DNA of 64,000 nt from Narcine bancroftii (lineage: Eukaryota): NCBI RefSeq assembly GCF_036971445.1, contig NC_091473.1, positions 231,694,001 to 231,758,000 of the forward strand. Direction: 5' to 3'. The position numbers were made by a program, and so were the translations under genes. Numbering within the stretch: the first letter of the stretch is position 1; every line of letters starts with the position of its first letter. This document shows, piece by piece, positions 12,955 to 25,848 of this stretch. The notes under the pieces were generated by a model. It was given only the letters and a program-made list of their open reading frames with translations. It ran no database searches and was not told where the DNA came from.

Positions 12955-13245
12955 TATAACGTGTCTCACCTATGCAGTGGGCGAACTGGCCCCAGCAGTG
13001 GCAGACAGGGAAGCGACCGACGGCATCTTGCAGGATGTTAGATGTGGGGCAAGCCTTGCACTGGAAGCTCATGTCACTTCCGCCCCACCAGGCATGGGGG
13101 GAAAAGGAAAGGGTGCGGGTGTTGGAATTACAGGTTTTTTGGTTTTGAGTAAAGGAATTCACACTGAGATATTGCTGGACTCGGCTTGCTTCTTTCACAC
13201 TTCTCGCTCAACACGGCCAACCTCCATTGCTCGTTGTGGCATACA
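12955..13245 (+). mobile_element. Possible solo LTR within (TA/CA)n microsatellite
   Basis: GC-rich 290-bp island with an AGTAAA signal near its 3' part, flanked on both sides by simple repeats. Termini degenerate. Confidence 0.35.
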
Positions 13246-13329
13246 CACAGACAGATATACACATATACATATGCAGACATATACAGACATACACGCACAC
13301 ATAGATAGATAGATATAAAGTGAGGAGAT

Positions 13330-13900
13330 AGGTAGGGTAGGTGAGGAGAACACTGGGGGTAGTGATTGAAAGCCAAGTACCAGAATGGGGCAGAAATATG
13401 GGAACAGATGGAAGCAGTGGAACCAGTTCAATGTGGAAGATTATGTGAAACTGGAAAATTCAATGCTTGTGGTATTAGGTTTTAAGCTACCCATACAGAA
13501 TATGGTATTGCTGTTTATCAAGACTGTGTTTGGCCTCACTCTGACAGTGGATAGTTAGAAGCCAGACAGATCTGTGTGGAAATGAGGAGGGGAGTTAAGA
13601 TGGGAGGCAACCCGACAGTTTTAGCTGGTAAGAGGAAAAAGCACAAGTGTTCAACAAAGTAGTTGCCTAGTTTGCTTTTTCTCCGATGTGGAGAGTAGAG
13701 AATGCAGAAGATTAGGTTCAAATGAAATTCTGCTTCACTTGTTTATGGATGAGAGGGGCAAGATGCAACAATTGTAACAGGAAGTGCTCAGGGGGAGTAG
13801 ATGAATGGGTGGGAAGGGAAGAGTGAGCCAGGGAGTCATAGAGTGAAAAGCATAAAGGGATGGGAGGGGAAGATGTGGTTAGTAGTGGGATCATACAGAC
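13330..13900 (-). mobile_element. Degraded Penelope-like element
   Basis: Resembles the GIY-YIG region at 55.3-55.47 kb (gccagaca..gtg..agggg..agatggg; reverse of LGNYFVEHL). Confidence 0.55.
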
Positions 13901-13904
13901 GGTG

Positions 13905-14148
13905 TGTAATGCGCGTCAAAAGAACCAAAGACTTGTTGATCCAAACCAAGGCTTTTATTAACTAAAAGACTGGAGCATATCACAAGTAGGTCGACCAGTC
14001 CAGAATGACCTGGTCTGGCTAGGAGCAATCCTTTAAGACCTGCCAGTAGGTGTGGCTACACTCTCAGCCAATCACAGTCATCCTACACTACCATCTGTAC
14101 ATTTCATATGTACATATACACATTGGTGATAGAATCTGTACTATCACA
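13905..14148 (-). mobile_element. Solo LTR (about 244 bp)
   Basis: TG...CA termini with a 5-bp TSD cggtg/gggtg. Reverse-complement homolog of 21332-21571. Confidence 0.85.
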
Positions 14149-16253
14149 GGGTGTTTCTTGTACCATGAATAAATCAATATGAAGCAATGAAGTCCAACAG
14201 AAACTTTTTAAAAATAAAATCCTTTAAAATTGTCTTCATAAATCCCAGCATCCTGTGACTGCATATGACAATGTAGCAACGTTATACGTAACTGTACATT
14301 CCTTTGATATTTCTTCCATCTGTTAGAAGCCAGATGTTCTTTTGTCCTGATGATAAGGTTACATGTAAAATGTGGCTTATGCAAAACTGCTGAAGGTGAC
14401 ACTTTTGTGAATGTGAAATGAATTCACAAGAAATAGAGACTTTTGCACCATTAATTTCCATCAACTCTACACAAAATTAATTAGCATTTATAGCAACAAA
14501 ATGCAAATGTATTGAGTCATAATGAATAGATGCACCCTTTAGGTATCAATTATGTAAAATAAAAGCCAGATTCAACATTTACCATCACTTTATGCATTTA
14601 GGTACCCACCCAATCAAAGATGTAATTGTAGACCAATTCAGAATTTAAATGGAACTGAGGAAGGTGATTACCTGGAGGAAGTTGTAGGAAAAGGTTTTCT
14701 TTATTATTTTATGATTGCCACATAACTCCTCTCTTAATAAATCATTATTAAAGTGACAAAACGTTATGCTCTCTTGAGCAACACTGCAGAATGCAATCCT
14801 TGTTACTTCAGTGGAGATAGAGATCCTTTTGCCTGGTGATCTCTGGTTGTTGAACTCCCATTTCACTTGTGCAGCGAAGGCAGCTTGTCAGGTACTGGCT
14901 AATGGATGAACAATGTTTCTCGCGGACTTCCAACTTCCATGTCTCCTTACACCCTCATTCCTCTCATAAACCTGCTGTGATGTAGCTTGACACACTGCAA
15001 AAATGGTTAAAGTGTTTGACATCCTACTTAAGCACCTGACATGATGGCATCTGAAGTCTGCACAGCTGTTGCTTGGACTTGCATTGTCTCATTTGTTTAA
15101 GCATGATTGATGTTCCATGGAATTAACCACTTCAACTGTAGCAAAAAGACATCCACTTAATGTTCAGCAACACCAGTCCAGAGCTCACTCCTCTATTCTG
15201 TTTTCGGTCATGGACAAGACATATGGAAAACTAATCAAAGTCATAGTTTTCATTGCTGCCACACAGTAGTTTTTTTTTCCCATCAGTGCACCCCAGGATA
15301 TATAATTTGTGTCTCACTGATCAGAGCTTGGAGATGACTGTGGCCTCCGATACAGATAGTTCATTCTATCCAGATTTCCTCATTTAGAGCATCAAGTAGC
15401 ACACAGATATGTAACTGTCTCTGTAAGTGGACTCACAAAGTATTGTACCCAGACTGGTGTGTGGCAGCAGAAATTCTTTCCTGTGACAATACGACATTTA
15501 AGTACTGGTTATCTAGGAATGGGATAAATTGCTGCTTGCCGTGTCATTAGGAAGATAAACATACTTTATACTGCAACTCAAAAGAAGTCAATATGACCTT
15601 GTATTGAACCAATCATTAAATAATTAATCATTCTAATTCCCTCATCTCTGATAACTGGAGATACTGAGATATTGATCTCCACTACCTCCTCCTCCACAAT
15701 TATGAATTGGGGGAGGAGCAGCACGATTTTGTATTTTCTTGTGCTATAGTGTGAGTGACCTTGGCGGATGGAATGATGGGAATAACAGGAAGGGAATACA
15801 GAAGAATCTGCTCAAGAATACTGTCAATGAAATAGGTTAAAGCCATGAGCAATATATTGACAGTTTAGGGAACCACACCTCTCATTGACTTTGTGGAAAT
15901 TTATAACACTTTTAAATCCAATTTTAAAAGTTGATCAAAATAATCAAGTTGTTGCATTTTATATTAAACTTAAGGTGTTACAGAAGGAGGCTGTTGGTGT
16001 TGGCTCATTGGGAAGCAAATCCATCCCAGGACATTCTTATTCATCGTTCTTCCCTGTCCCCTGAAACTCACATCAAGTCCTCTTTGATACGTATTGCCAT
16101 TGATCTACATGAGGGAGAATTTCCCATATCCATTTCTCTTGGGCCACAGAACTTCTGGTTGCGGAAGAAATTTGCAGTGAGAACCAAAAGTTTAGGCATC
16201 GAATCTGGGTCCCTGGAACTGTGAACCACAGCAACCCTAATTCTGTGACACCC

Positions 16254-16350
16254 TATAACCATATAACCATTTACGGAGCGGAAACAGGCCATGTTGGCCT
16301 TTCGAGTCCGCACCGGTTCACTGATTTTGTGCGCCCTCTTCAGGCATTGG
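16254..16350 (-). mobile_element. CR1 extreme 3' end
   Basis: (aaccatat)n tail followed by 'ggaaacaggccatgttggcc', a CR1 3' stem-loop. Confidence 0.6.
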
Positions 16351-16649
16351 TGATTTTAAGTGGAGTGTATCTTTGAGAATTTTAACATCTATCCATAGGT
16401 ACTTTGGATGTGAAATCTCATATTAAAATATTCAAAAACATTGGCTGTGTGGGAGAAGCCAGTGAGTGGCCGTGGACAATAGCTTCTCAGACTGGAGGCC
16501 TGTGACTCGTGGTGTGCTGCAGGGATCGGTGCTGGGACCAGCGTAGCTTGTCATCTAGATGACCCACCCAAATTGAGATCATGCTGCTCAAGTTGTCACC
16601 ATGAACACAGCTGCATTTTTCACAGCCAACACCAAAGAAATAATATAAT

Positions 16650-16940
16650 GTACACAATGGTGTAGATGATGGAGCTGCTACCTCACAGGTTCCAGTGACT
16701 CAGATTTGAGGCTGACATTGGGGTATTTCTGCATGAATTTCTACTACATGCTCTGGTTTTGTTCAACATCCCATAGCTGTGCGTGTTGAGATCAGGAGGT
16801 TAAAAGACCATTGTAACTTGCCCCTAGTACATAGTAAGTAATAGGATCTCTAGGCAATGAAGTGAAATTAATGTAAGATTACTGTTAATGGGTGCTTGAT
16901 GGTCAGAATGGCATCAAGGGTGTTTCCATGTATTCCATGA
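16650..16940 (+). mobile_element. Old tRNA-derived SINE (V-SINE-like)
   Basis: Degenerate head 'ggtgtagatgatggagctgctacctcaca', then 'caacatccca..ttgtaacttgcccctagt'. Confidence 0.5.
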
Positions 16941-17465
16941 CTTTTCTTTTTACAAACTGACCATGTGAAATGACTTCTGAGTTTATCACCTGACATGACT
17001 AGTGGAACTGCTTGTCAGGAATAAAGGACAGTGGAAATTTAAGGGACAAGAAAGTCTGCAGAAGTAATCAATTCTCCAGAGCAAAAACAAATAATCTGTC
17101 AAGATAGCTATGTACTGGGTTTAGATGTGGTCTATGAAGGTTTGAGAGAAGACATTGGAGGTAGCAAGCAGATGTTCAGTAGAATTGAACTTAATGCAGA
17201 CCTTGGAACTCCAACTATGACTTAGAGCACTGGCCCTCATTCTCAGGAATGTGTTGCAAAAAGCTTCAAGATACTGTTTCAAATATGAACAGCGGAGCTC
17301 CAACCAGCATCCTGACCAATATTTCTCAATCAACATGAACAAAAACGGATATACTGGGCATTATTCACCATTGCCATTGTTGGGATGTTGCTGAGAGCGC
17401 AATGTCAGGTCCAAAATGCTGTGGGTTATCCCCAAAGTTCCATAAATGTGCATGTTTCAATAAGG

Positions 17466-17859
17466 GCATTAATATATTAATTTAAGAGTCTCTTACTGAC
17501 TTTTACAGTTAATCATCTATATTATGCATCTGGGTTTTTGATGATTTGCAGAATTTTTTAGATCTGATTTTGTTTTCACTGAATGGGATTTGCAAACTGT
17601 TTGTGATCAGAGGTACTTCTTTGACTTACATTTGAAAGATCGATCTCTTAAAGCCTATAACATTTAACCTTGCAGGACATTACAAGTACAGAAAACTACT
17701 TTCAATCTGATGGTCTATGGTTGTAGGTGGAGAGTTCAAATAAACTATTATTAATGGTTAATCTAGCTATTGATCTGAGAAACTGCCACTAATGCAACTG
17801 TACCTTAGAAAGACATCACCATCCAACCCTATGACGCTGAAGACAAATTTTAGAGCTAA
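17466..17859 (+). repeat. Left arm of 390-bp inverted repeat
   Basis: Near-exact reverse complement of 18782-19173. Confidence 0.97.
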
Positions 17860-18781
17860 AATTTGGCTTGAGTTCTACAATCCATAGCCCTTGGTAGGTT
17901 ATGATAACATCGATAACACAAATATACAAGATGAGCATATTCACTCTACTAATCCTAATAGGTTATTATCACAATAAAAGATGATCCATTCTGCAGAGGA
18001 ATGAGCCCTTTGACACACCCAATTAAGGGAAGAAAAAAAATGCAGATCGTCTATCAGAATATTCACACATTCTGCTGGAGGGAGCAGTGAAAAGCATTAC
18101 AGTCTGGGCTGCAACAGGAAATAATGATGCACACATCTGTACTAACACACATTCATAAAAATCAGTCATATATTAATCTCACTGCTCAACTCAATGAGCA
18201 TTCTATTTATTTCCCAATTATACTTTAATTTAAAAATGCAAGTCAAGTTATTCTTGTTTTATAGAAAAGTGCAGTCAATTTTTCATCGACGTGCATATTA
18301 CACTATTAAAAATGAAACTTCAGTATTTAATTGGTTTTTCTCATAGCTCAGGTAGAGTATTACTTTCCAGCAGCATTTTCATCACGCATTTTACAATCTG
18401 TTTCAAAATATACAGGGGAAAAAAGATTACTATAAGGTAGAATGCCCAAGAATGAGTTCTGTGCTGTATTTTGGCCACTGAGTGGAACCTATATTGGATT
18501 GGAACACAGGTTACAGCCATAAATTAAGAGGCATGGTTCCATTCTCATGTAGATTTTGCATGAAGGCACAATCTGAAATAAAGGGAGGGCACCATGAAGG
18601 GGTATCCAATGTCGGCCTTTGGTTATCCAGAAGTATACGTCAAGGCCAAAAGCTAATGTATGTCAGTGGTCTGAGTTAATAACCAATTATGGCAATGGTA
18701 AAGATGGCATCTATACTTTTTGATCTTTCAATTCCATATTAGAAGTTCAATCAATTGAAATGGAACCCGTCATGGTGAAAA

Positions 18782-19173
18782 TTAGCTCTAAAATTTGTCT
18801 TCAGCATCATAGGGTTGGATGGTGATGTCTTTCTAAGGTACAGTTGCATTAGTGGCAGTTTCTCAGATCAATAGCTAGATTAACTATTAATAATAGTTTA
18901 TTTGAACTCTCCACCTACATGCATAGACCATCAGATTGAAAGTAGTTTTCTGTACTTGTTTTCTGTATTTGTTAAATGTTATAGGCTTTAAGAGATCGAT
19001 CTTTCAAATGTAAGTCAAAGAAGTACCTCTGATCACAAACAATTTGCAAATCCCATTCAGTGAAAACAAAATCAGATCTAAAAAATTCTGCAAATCATCA
19101 AAAACCCAGATGCATAGTATAGATGATTAACTGTAAAAGTCAGTAAGAAACTCTTAAATTAATATATTATTGC
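18782..19173 (-). repeat. Right arm of 390-bp inverted repeat
   Basis: Near-exact reverse complement of 17466-17859, with a few substitutions and one ~15-nt replaced patch. Confidence 0.97.
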
Positions 19174-19359
19174 ATCCTCATTCCTTTGCTTGACCACATT
19201 TTTGAATATATTAATTGGGTAAAAACTAATATGGATTATAGAGAAAGAAGATGTTCCAAAGATAAACATTATCATAGATTTAAAGAACTACATAATTATC
19301 ATTAAAGATATATATTGTTAAAGCATTAAAAATTCTGTGAAAATGAGAAAATGTTCAAA

Positions 19360-21000
19360 ATGAGAATATCAATGGCCTAATATCTGTCAGCAAAAACATA
19401 TTGGAGTCCATTGTTAAAGGTGTAGAAACAAAAATCTGGGAAAAAAAACAAAACATTTATATGGTTATGTAGAGTTAACACAGTTTTATGAAAGGAAAAG
19501 AAATCACAAAGTTATTAGAGATTTTTTTAGGATGTAACAAGCGGCAAGGATAAAGTGGAATCAGTAAATGTAATTATGTTTGGATTTTCTAAGGTATTTA
19601 ATAATATGCCACATTTTCCACATACTGATTTTATCTGCAGTTTTACCCATCTGCTGGGATCTTTCCCGAGTTTATAGAATTTTGAAAGTCGAGATTGATG
19701 CATTCAGGATCTCTATTCCAAAATTATTATCAAACCCTAAAACGCTGGCAATAGGTCCATACAATTTGAATTTATTTTACAAGTTTAGGGCTCATCAAAT
19801 AAGGATAATATGTTAGCATGGATAGAGGGATGGCTAACTGACAAACAGAAAAGAGTAATAAAGGGTTGTATTTTTAATTGTTACTACATGAAAGGTTCCA
19901 CAGGGACCAAAGCTGAGCAGTCAGCTATTTGCATAATATGTTTATAATAGATAGAAGTATTGTGGATTGGATCAAATTACTGCCAAAAGAATCCCCTGTA
20001 CAAAAATAGAGAGCAAGTTTGGAGGAGGAAGCAAATGATCGAGAAGAAAACAGACATCTTAAATCATTGTGCAAAAGGTTAATGGGTGGAATATGATTTT
20101 GAGAAATATGAGATTATCTACTTCAGCAAGAAGGAAAGAAAATCTATTATTTAAATGAGAGGATAATGAATCTTATTGATTTCAATTAGATAAATGCGCT
20201 CCAGTACAATAAACAAAATTTGCATAGAGGTGAAGCAAACAAATTGGAAGGTAGATGAAATGTTAGCCTTTATTACAAGAGATGGGAGTCCAAAAATCAG
20301 CAGGGGTCTCCTGGTTAAATCTCTCCAAGAATATGACATACACTTTTGGTTTCCTTAAGGTTGACATAATAGTTAGCCCAATGCCTTTACAGTCCCAGCG
20401 ATCGGGACCAGACTGCGGTTTGAGGACTGTAAGGCCATTCTCCCCATGACCGCGTGGGTTTTCCCTGGGGGCTCGGGTTTCCTCCCATTGTAGGCGTAGG
20501 TTAATGAAGTGTGAATTAGGCAGTCCGGACTCATGGGCGGAAAATTGAAGAAAATATTTGGCATGGGAGAAAATCTCTATTTGCATATAAAATTCATGAG
20601 ATTGATTCCTGGGATGAAAGTCTGCCGTGAGGAAAGATTGAGTAGATCGGAGTTTCGCTTGCTCTCTGGTGTTTCTTAGAGACATGAGAAATTATCTTGC
20701 TGAAAAAAAAGTTTTGAAAAGGATTGACTGAATGGATGTTTCTCCTGTTTGGGGGAATCAAAATCTCAGAATGAGGCTGAGATGAGGAGTTTTATTTCTT
20801 TCTTTCAATTAGTAGTGAATTTTCAGAGTGTTTGATCCCAGAGACCTGTGGATGCTGAATCATTTGGTATAATTAAGAGTGATATGAGCAGATTTCTATC
20901 TTGCATGGAAATCTTGAGTTATAGACAAAAAAGTGGAAGTGAAGCCACTTACTGAGTAAGGGGGAAGGCGTTATGACCAATTCCTGCTTTATTTCTCATG
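19360..21000 (+). mobile_element. Degraded CR1 LINE (RT to 3' end), interrupted by a SINE at about 20372-20545
   Basis: Decayed motifs 'ttggattttctaaggtatttaataa' (LDFxKAFD), 'gttccacagggacc' (VPQG) and 'atgttagcctttattacaaga'. Confidence 0.65.
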
Positions 21001-21331
21001 CAGGTTTAAATATTATGTCTATATCATTCTCAGTATGCCCTACACTGAATTATTAAAGATTAACCTTCCAAAATAATGGAAAATATCTAAACAAATGTGA
21101 TGCCATGAAAGTTTTGGACTAAAGGGTTTTTGTTAGCACTAACACAGGAACAGCAATGGAAAATTCAGCAGATGCTGGAGAACTGGAACAATACACAAAA
21201 GCACTGGAGGAACTCAGCAGGTCACATCACATTCATGGAAAGTAATAGGTCTGGGTCCTGTCTTCCTAATGAAGGGTCCAGACCTGAAACATCAACTGCC
21301 TATTGCTTCCCACGGATGCTTCATGACCTAC

Positions 21332-21571
21332 TGTGATAGTACAGATCTATCACCAATGTACATAGTGTATATAGTTACTGTATCTAGACTGTGCTTACAG
21401 CGATTGGCTGAGAGCTAAGCCACGCCCACTGTCTGGGCCTTAAAGGGTTGTGTCCCTAGCCAGGTCGGATCATTCCGGACTGGTCGGCCACCTGTGAAGA
21501 GCTCCGGTCTTTTGCTAATAAAAGCCTTGGTTTGGATCAACAAGTCTTTGGTTCTTTCGACGAGCTCTACA
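21332..21571 (+). mobile_element. Solo LTR (240 bp)
   Basis: TGT...ACA termini, perfect 5-bp TSD cctac, TATA-like ccttaaa and AATAAA about 21517. Inserted into a Penelope-type short repeat (21165-21605). Confidence 0.92.
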
Positions 21572-23545
21572 CCTACTGAGTTCTTCCAGCACTTTATTGT
21601 GCACGGCAGTATGTGTTCTTTTCAGTAATCTGTCTAAGCTTCACTCCTAACAATTTTAAAAAATGAAAAAAGCCCATGATTGGAATAAGAAACTTTGATG
21701 CAAGCTGTTTATTGAACATGAAAAAAATATATTGGTGATCTTTATTTCAGCCAGAATGATCAAGATCTAAGAAAAGCCTCTTCTGAGCAACAATTCACTG
21801 TTGAATGTTCTGCCCATGACAAGAAAATAAAATTTATGATGTTTATGGGTTGAGAGCAAGAGTTGCAGAATTGATTTCAGTCAGGGAGCACTTGTTTATA
21901 GAGTACTGAGTTGACTCCAACTGTGGTTCACTGCAACTCCTGATGATGTCCCTATAAAGAATGTTTCATGCATTCATTCAAGCTTTGAAACAACAGGTAG
22001 GAAAGTTCTTTCTAAAAGTTTCACAAGAACTTCAGATCGATTTAAAAATGTCTCCACCAAATTCAAGAGAGAATCCCCCAGTTGTTACAAATAGGCTTCT
22101 TATCACATTGCTGTGTCAAATACTTGCTGTGGCGCACACAAACAAAGTGAGAATCTTTTCTCTTGGGGTCCTAAACAATACTTTACTCTGGAGTTATGTC
22201 AGGTTTATAAATGTTGTGAAAAACATTAGTTTTACCATTGGTAATCCTGATCAATTTAGCACTACTCCGAAACAGAGAGTGCTTAATAGGGACACCCAGG
22301 TTAAAATTATTGGTACATCCTTAATCGTTATCAGTAATAATGTTAATTTAATTTACAAGAAAGAAAAACAATGAAGAACAAAGCCTCAAGACAGAAAAAA
22401 GTTGAGACACAAGAGATTGCACCTGCTGGATTCTGGTGCAAACTATTGTAAGGAACTCAGCTTGTTGAGCAACTTATATAGGGAGAGGGAATGAACTGAT
22501 GACATTTCAGGTTGGGACCTGCATCAGACAAAAATGATTATTTGCTACAAGTTATCTTGCAGTGCTGTACATCTTCAGTAAGCTTGGAACTTTGAGTTGA
22601 TATACATTCTATTTTCTGACACTCTCAAAAATATGTGCAAAGTTCAGAATTCTAATATAATTGGGAGCTGAATTAATTTAATGTGATTGCTGTTTTCAGA
22701 TATTTTTTTTTCTACCAACAGTTGTAGGCTTAACATTGGATTTTCAGTGCAGGCCAATGTAAAGATGCTGCACCAAAGGAATAGTAAATTAAACTTAAAG
22801 GCATTAAAATTAAAGGAATAAAGATAAACAAATGATAAATATGAAGAGAGGTCATTCTAATTAATTGTGGGGTCATGGTGGAGCCAGGGAGAAAAAAAAA
22901 ATTAAAAATATGATTTATTCAATCTCATAATATCAGTTATCCTGCCAAGGCCAACTACAATTCTAAAACAAGCAAACAAAAGATAAATCATTCATTAATC
23001 TGTGCACTCATTAAGATTCAATTTGGACCACAACAATGAGCAACTGTGTTTGGTTTAGATAATCTATTATTTAATGTAGAAATTACATTTTCTGAATTAT
23101 ACTATTGTAAAAAAAATAATATACGGGGGAGATATAGTGCGCACGATATAAATAAACAAAGGGAAGGGAATGAATCAGACATAATGACTCAAGCCTGTAA
23201 TAAATTGAGGCAAATATTCCAAGAGTGCATCTGTTTATTGGAGTTCATTGAAGACAAGTATGGCCAATAACTAGCTTTCAGTTCCTTATTGGTGACTCTT
23301 TTGAGGGCATTAGAAATGTACAGCTGTGGCCCATTGCACTTCAGTGTCATTTGGTTCTTAACTTATGACACCAGGATATTTACTTATGAAATGTGCAAAT
23401 AATGAGTTTAATTAGTTAAAAGTTGTGTTCCAATAATCAGCAATTAATAAATGACCAAATTTACACATTTAAAAGAGAACATTCTTCCAGGTGTAATAAA
23501 GATGAAAGTTAAAAGTTCCTTTAATATTTTAACATGGATTTAAGG

Positions 23546-23920
23546 CAGTAGTTCTCAACCTTTTTCTTTCCACTCACGTACCACTTTAAGTAATCCCTAT
23601 TCCATTGGTGCTCTGTGATTAGTAAGGGATTGCTTAAGGTGGTATGCGAGTGGGAAGGGAAGGTTGAGAACCACTGCTCTAGACTCAATTGTTACTCAAA
23701 TATTTTACTTGAGAAAAATTGTCATTGGCCCATTTCCTTTGGAGTTATGAAACCGTGCACATAACGAGTCAATTAGGTCCAATTAAAACAGTGGTTTTCA
23801 AAGCTTTTTCTTTCCACCCACATATCACCTTAAGAAATTCCTTACTAATCACAGAGCACCTGTGGCATAGGGAATACTTACAGTGGTATGTGAGTGAAAG
23901 AAAAAGGCTGAGGACCACTG
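23546..23920. mobile_element. hAT (Charlie-like) compound MITE
   Basis: TIRs cagtagttctcaacct / aggctgaggaccactg with a perfect 8-bp TSD atttaagg. Confidence 0.93.
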
Positions 23921-25647
23921 ATTTAAGGGAATGTCATTGTTCAACAAATGTGCTATAATATTGAAAATTTATTTCATATTGGATGTATAAAAGCAGGTTT
24001 AAGTGTGAGTGACCATGTCCGTAAGTAAATTAAAAATCAAATGCAAGTTATTTTAGAAGTGAATTGTAAGGTGAATCGTAAATTTCAAGTGAATTCAGAG
24101 ATGTGGCCAGTAAACATACTGAAGGTCTTCAATGAAAGTCATGGACAGGATTAAAAACAGTGGAAAATACCCCAAGCCCAACCAATTTAAAAAGAATCTA
24201 AGAAACATATTTAATTACTATTAAAGAAGTGCTCCAATGTGTTGGACTAATTTATGTAAGACAAAAAAAAAATCAAAACAATACCTTAAATAATCTGCTG
24301 GACTGCTTTGTTTTGACTCGCCCATAACTGGTAAAGTTTAACATTGTAAGATTGGCCATATTAGATTGCAAATAAAAGTTTTTATCTAATTATTGATAAA
24401 AACTCATTGAAATCTTGAATGAAATATCAGTGAGTCCTCTTATATTTTGTTCAGCTGTATAATTGATGACTACGTGCAGCACCCTGCAGTTGACTATAAC
24501 TCCAGTGGGATTATATGAAGTAGACATGAACATATTGACAGCAAACAAAACTGCCAGTAGATTTCCAGGCTCCATCCAGTGAACTGACCTCTCATTTGAG
24601 GTCTACTGTGCAGAAAGCTTGATAATTGTCGTATTAAAATCAGCTTCACAGTGTCATCCATCATTCTCTTAAAATAGTCCTTTCATCTGTGCTGTTGTAA
24701 TCAGTAGTGATGGCAGCATTAGTCCCCTAGATGGCATTGTCTTTATTATCAGAGAGTGGGTAAAGGATGACATACTTGAAACAGCCATGTTCATTTTGAG
24801 TTGTATTGTGATGTAAATGTTCCTTTCTTGAGAATTGTAATCGACTGCTCCATACAATTTTAATTACAAATTCATACTTTGCTGCTTCTTTAGAACATAT
24901 TGTCACATAAATCATTATTAAAATGCATTATTTACATAATCGTATTTTTGAATGTCCTTAAAAAATTATACCAACATCATAGCAAACTTTTAGATTAGTT
25001 AAATAGCATAAGTGACAATTCACATTGACCATCACTTCCAATACATAAAAACATTTTCTTTTCACCACGATTAAAGTCTTATAGTCAACTCAACTTGACG
25101 AGTTATAATCCAGCTCTCACTAGTCTATGGTTGGGTGGAGTTCTTCCGTTTCATTAATGTATGATGTGACATGTCCTGGGACAGTTTTCAGAATCAGACA
25201 TTATTAAAAAAAGAACAAACGAAGAGTAGAAAAAAATAACAGCAAGCCTTTGAAATTTTATATTTATCATTATTCTTAAATTCATAGATAACAACAAATA
25301 CCGATAAATATCATGCATCTCGTTAAACTATGGACTGTAAAATTCCATTGAGTGAACCCATCCCCACACCTTACATTTTGATCAGCTGGGGACAAACTAC
25401 TCTAAATCAGAGCTGTTGATATAACCAGGGAACTCATGATAATATGATTGGTATAAGATACTTTGATGCAAGCTGTTTATTGAATATCAATTCCAGTAAC
25501 ATGCATTTCTATAGCTATTTTGGAAAGGCTCACAGAATGGTAAATATATAGACAACAGTAAAGTTAGGAAGAGTCTACAGAGTAAGTCTCAGGAAGTCAG
25601 GGGAAGGATGATGAGTTAACATGGAACATAGAACAGAACTGCACATA

Positions 25648-25848
25648 ATGGAGAGAGAATTTTCATTCTAATTTCTTTTAAAAGTGTTCACTTGCCAAAT
25701 TCTACAAAAACATTTTAAACCCCAATTCGATTATATTTTAGTAAAAGGAGTAGCTTGTCAGATATAATATTAAGATGGTATGCTTCATCTAGTTTATGTT
25801 CTATTAACTTTTTTTCTCAATAGAGTAATTATCTTAATTAAAGAAATG
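25648..25848 (+). repeat. 200-bp direct copy of 27957-28158
   Basis: Near-identical sequence, flanked by the duplicated actgcacat(a/g)atg. Confidence 0.95.

Noticed and set aside
21961-22374. 137-aa ORF
   Set aside because: No recognisable motif or convincing splice context. Probably a chance ORF.
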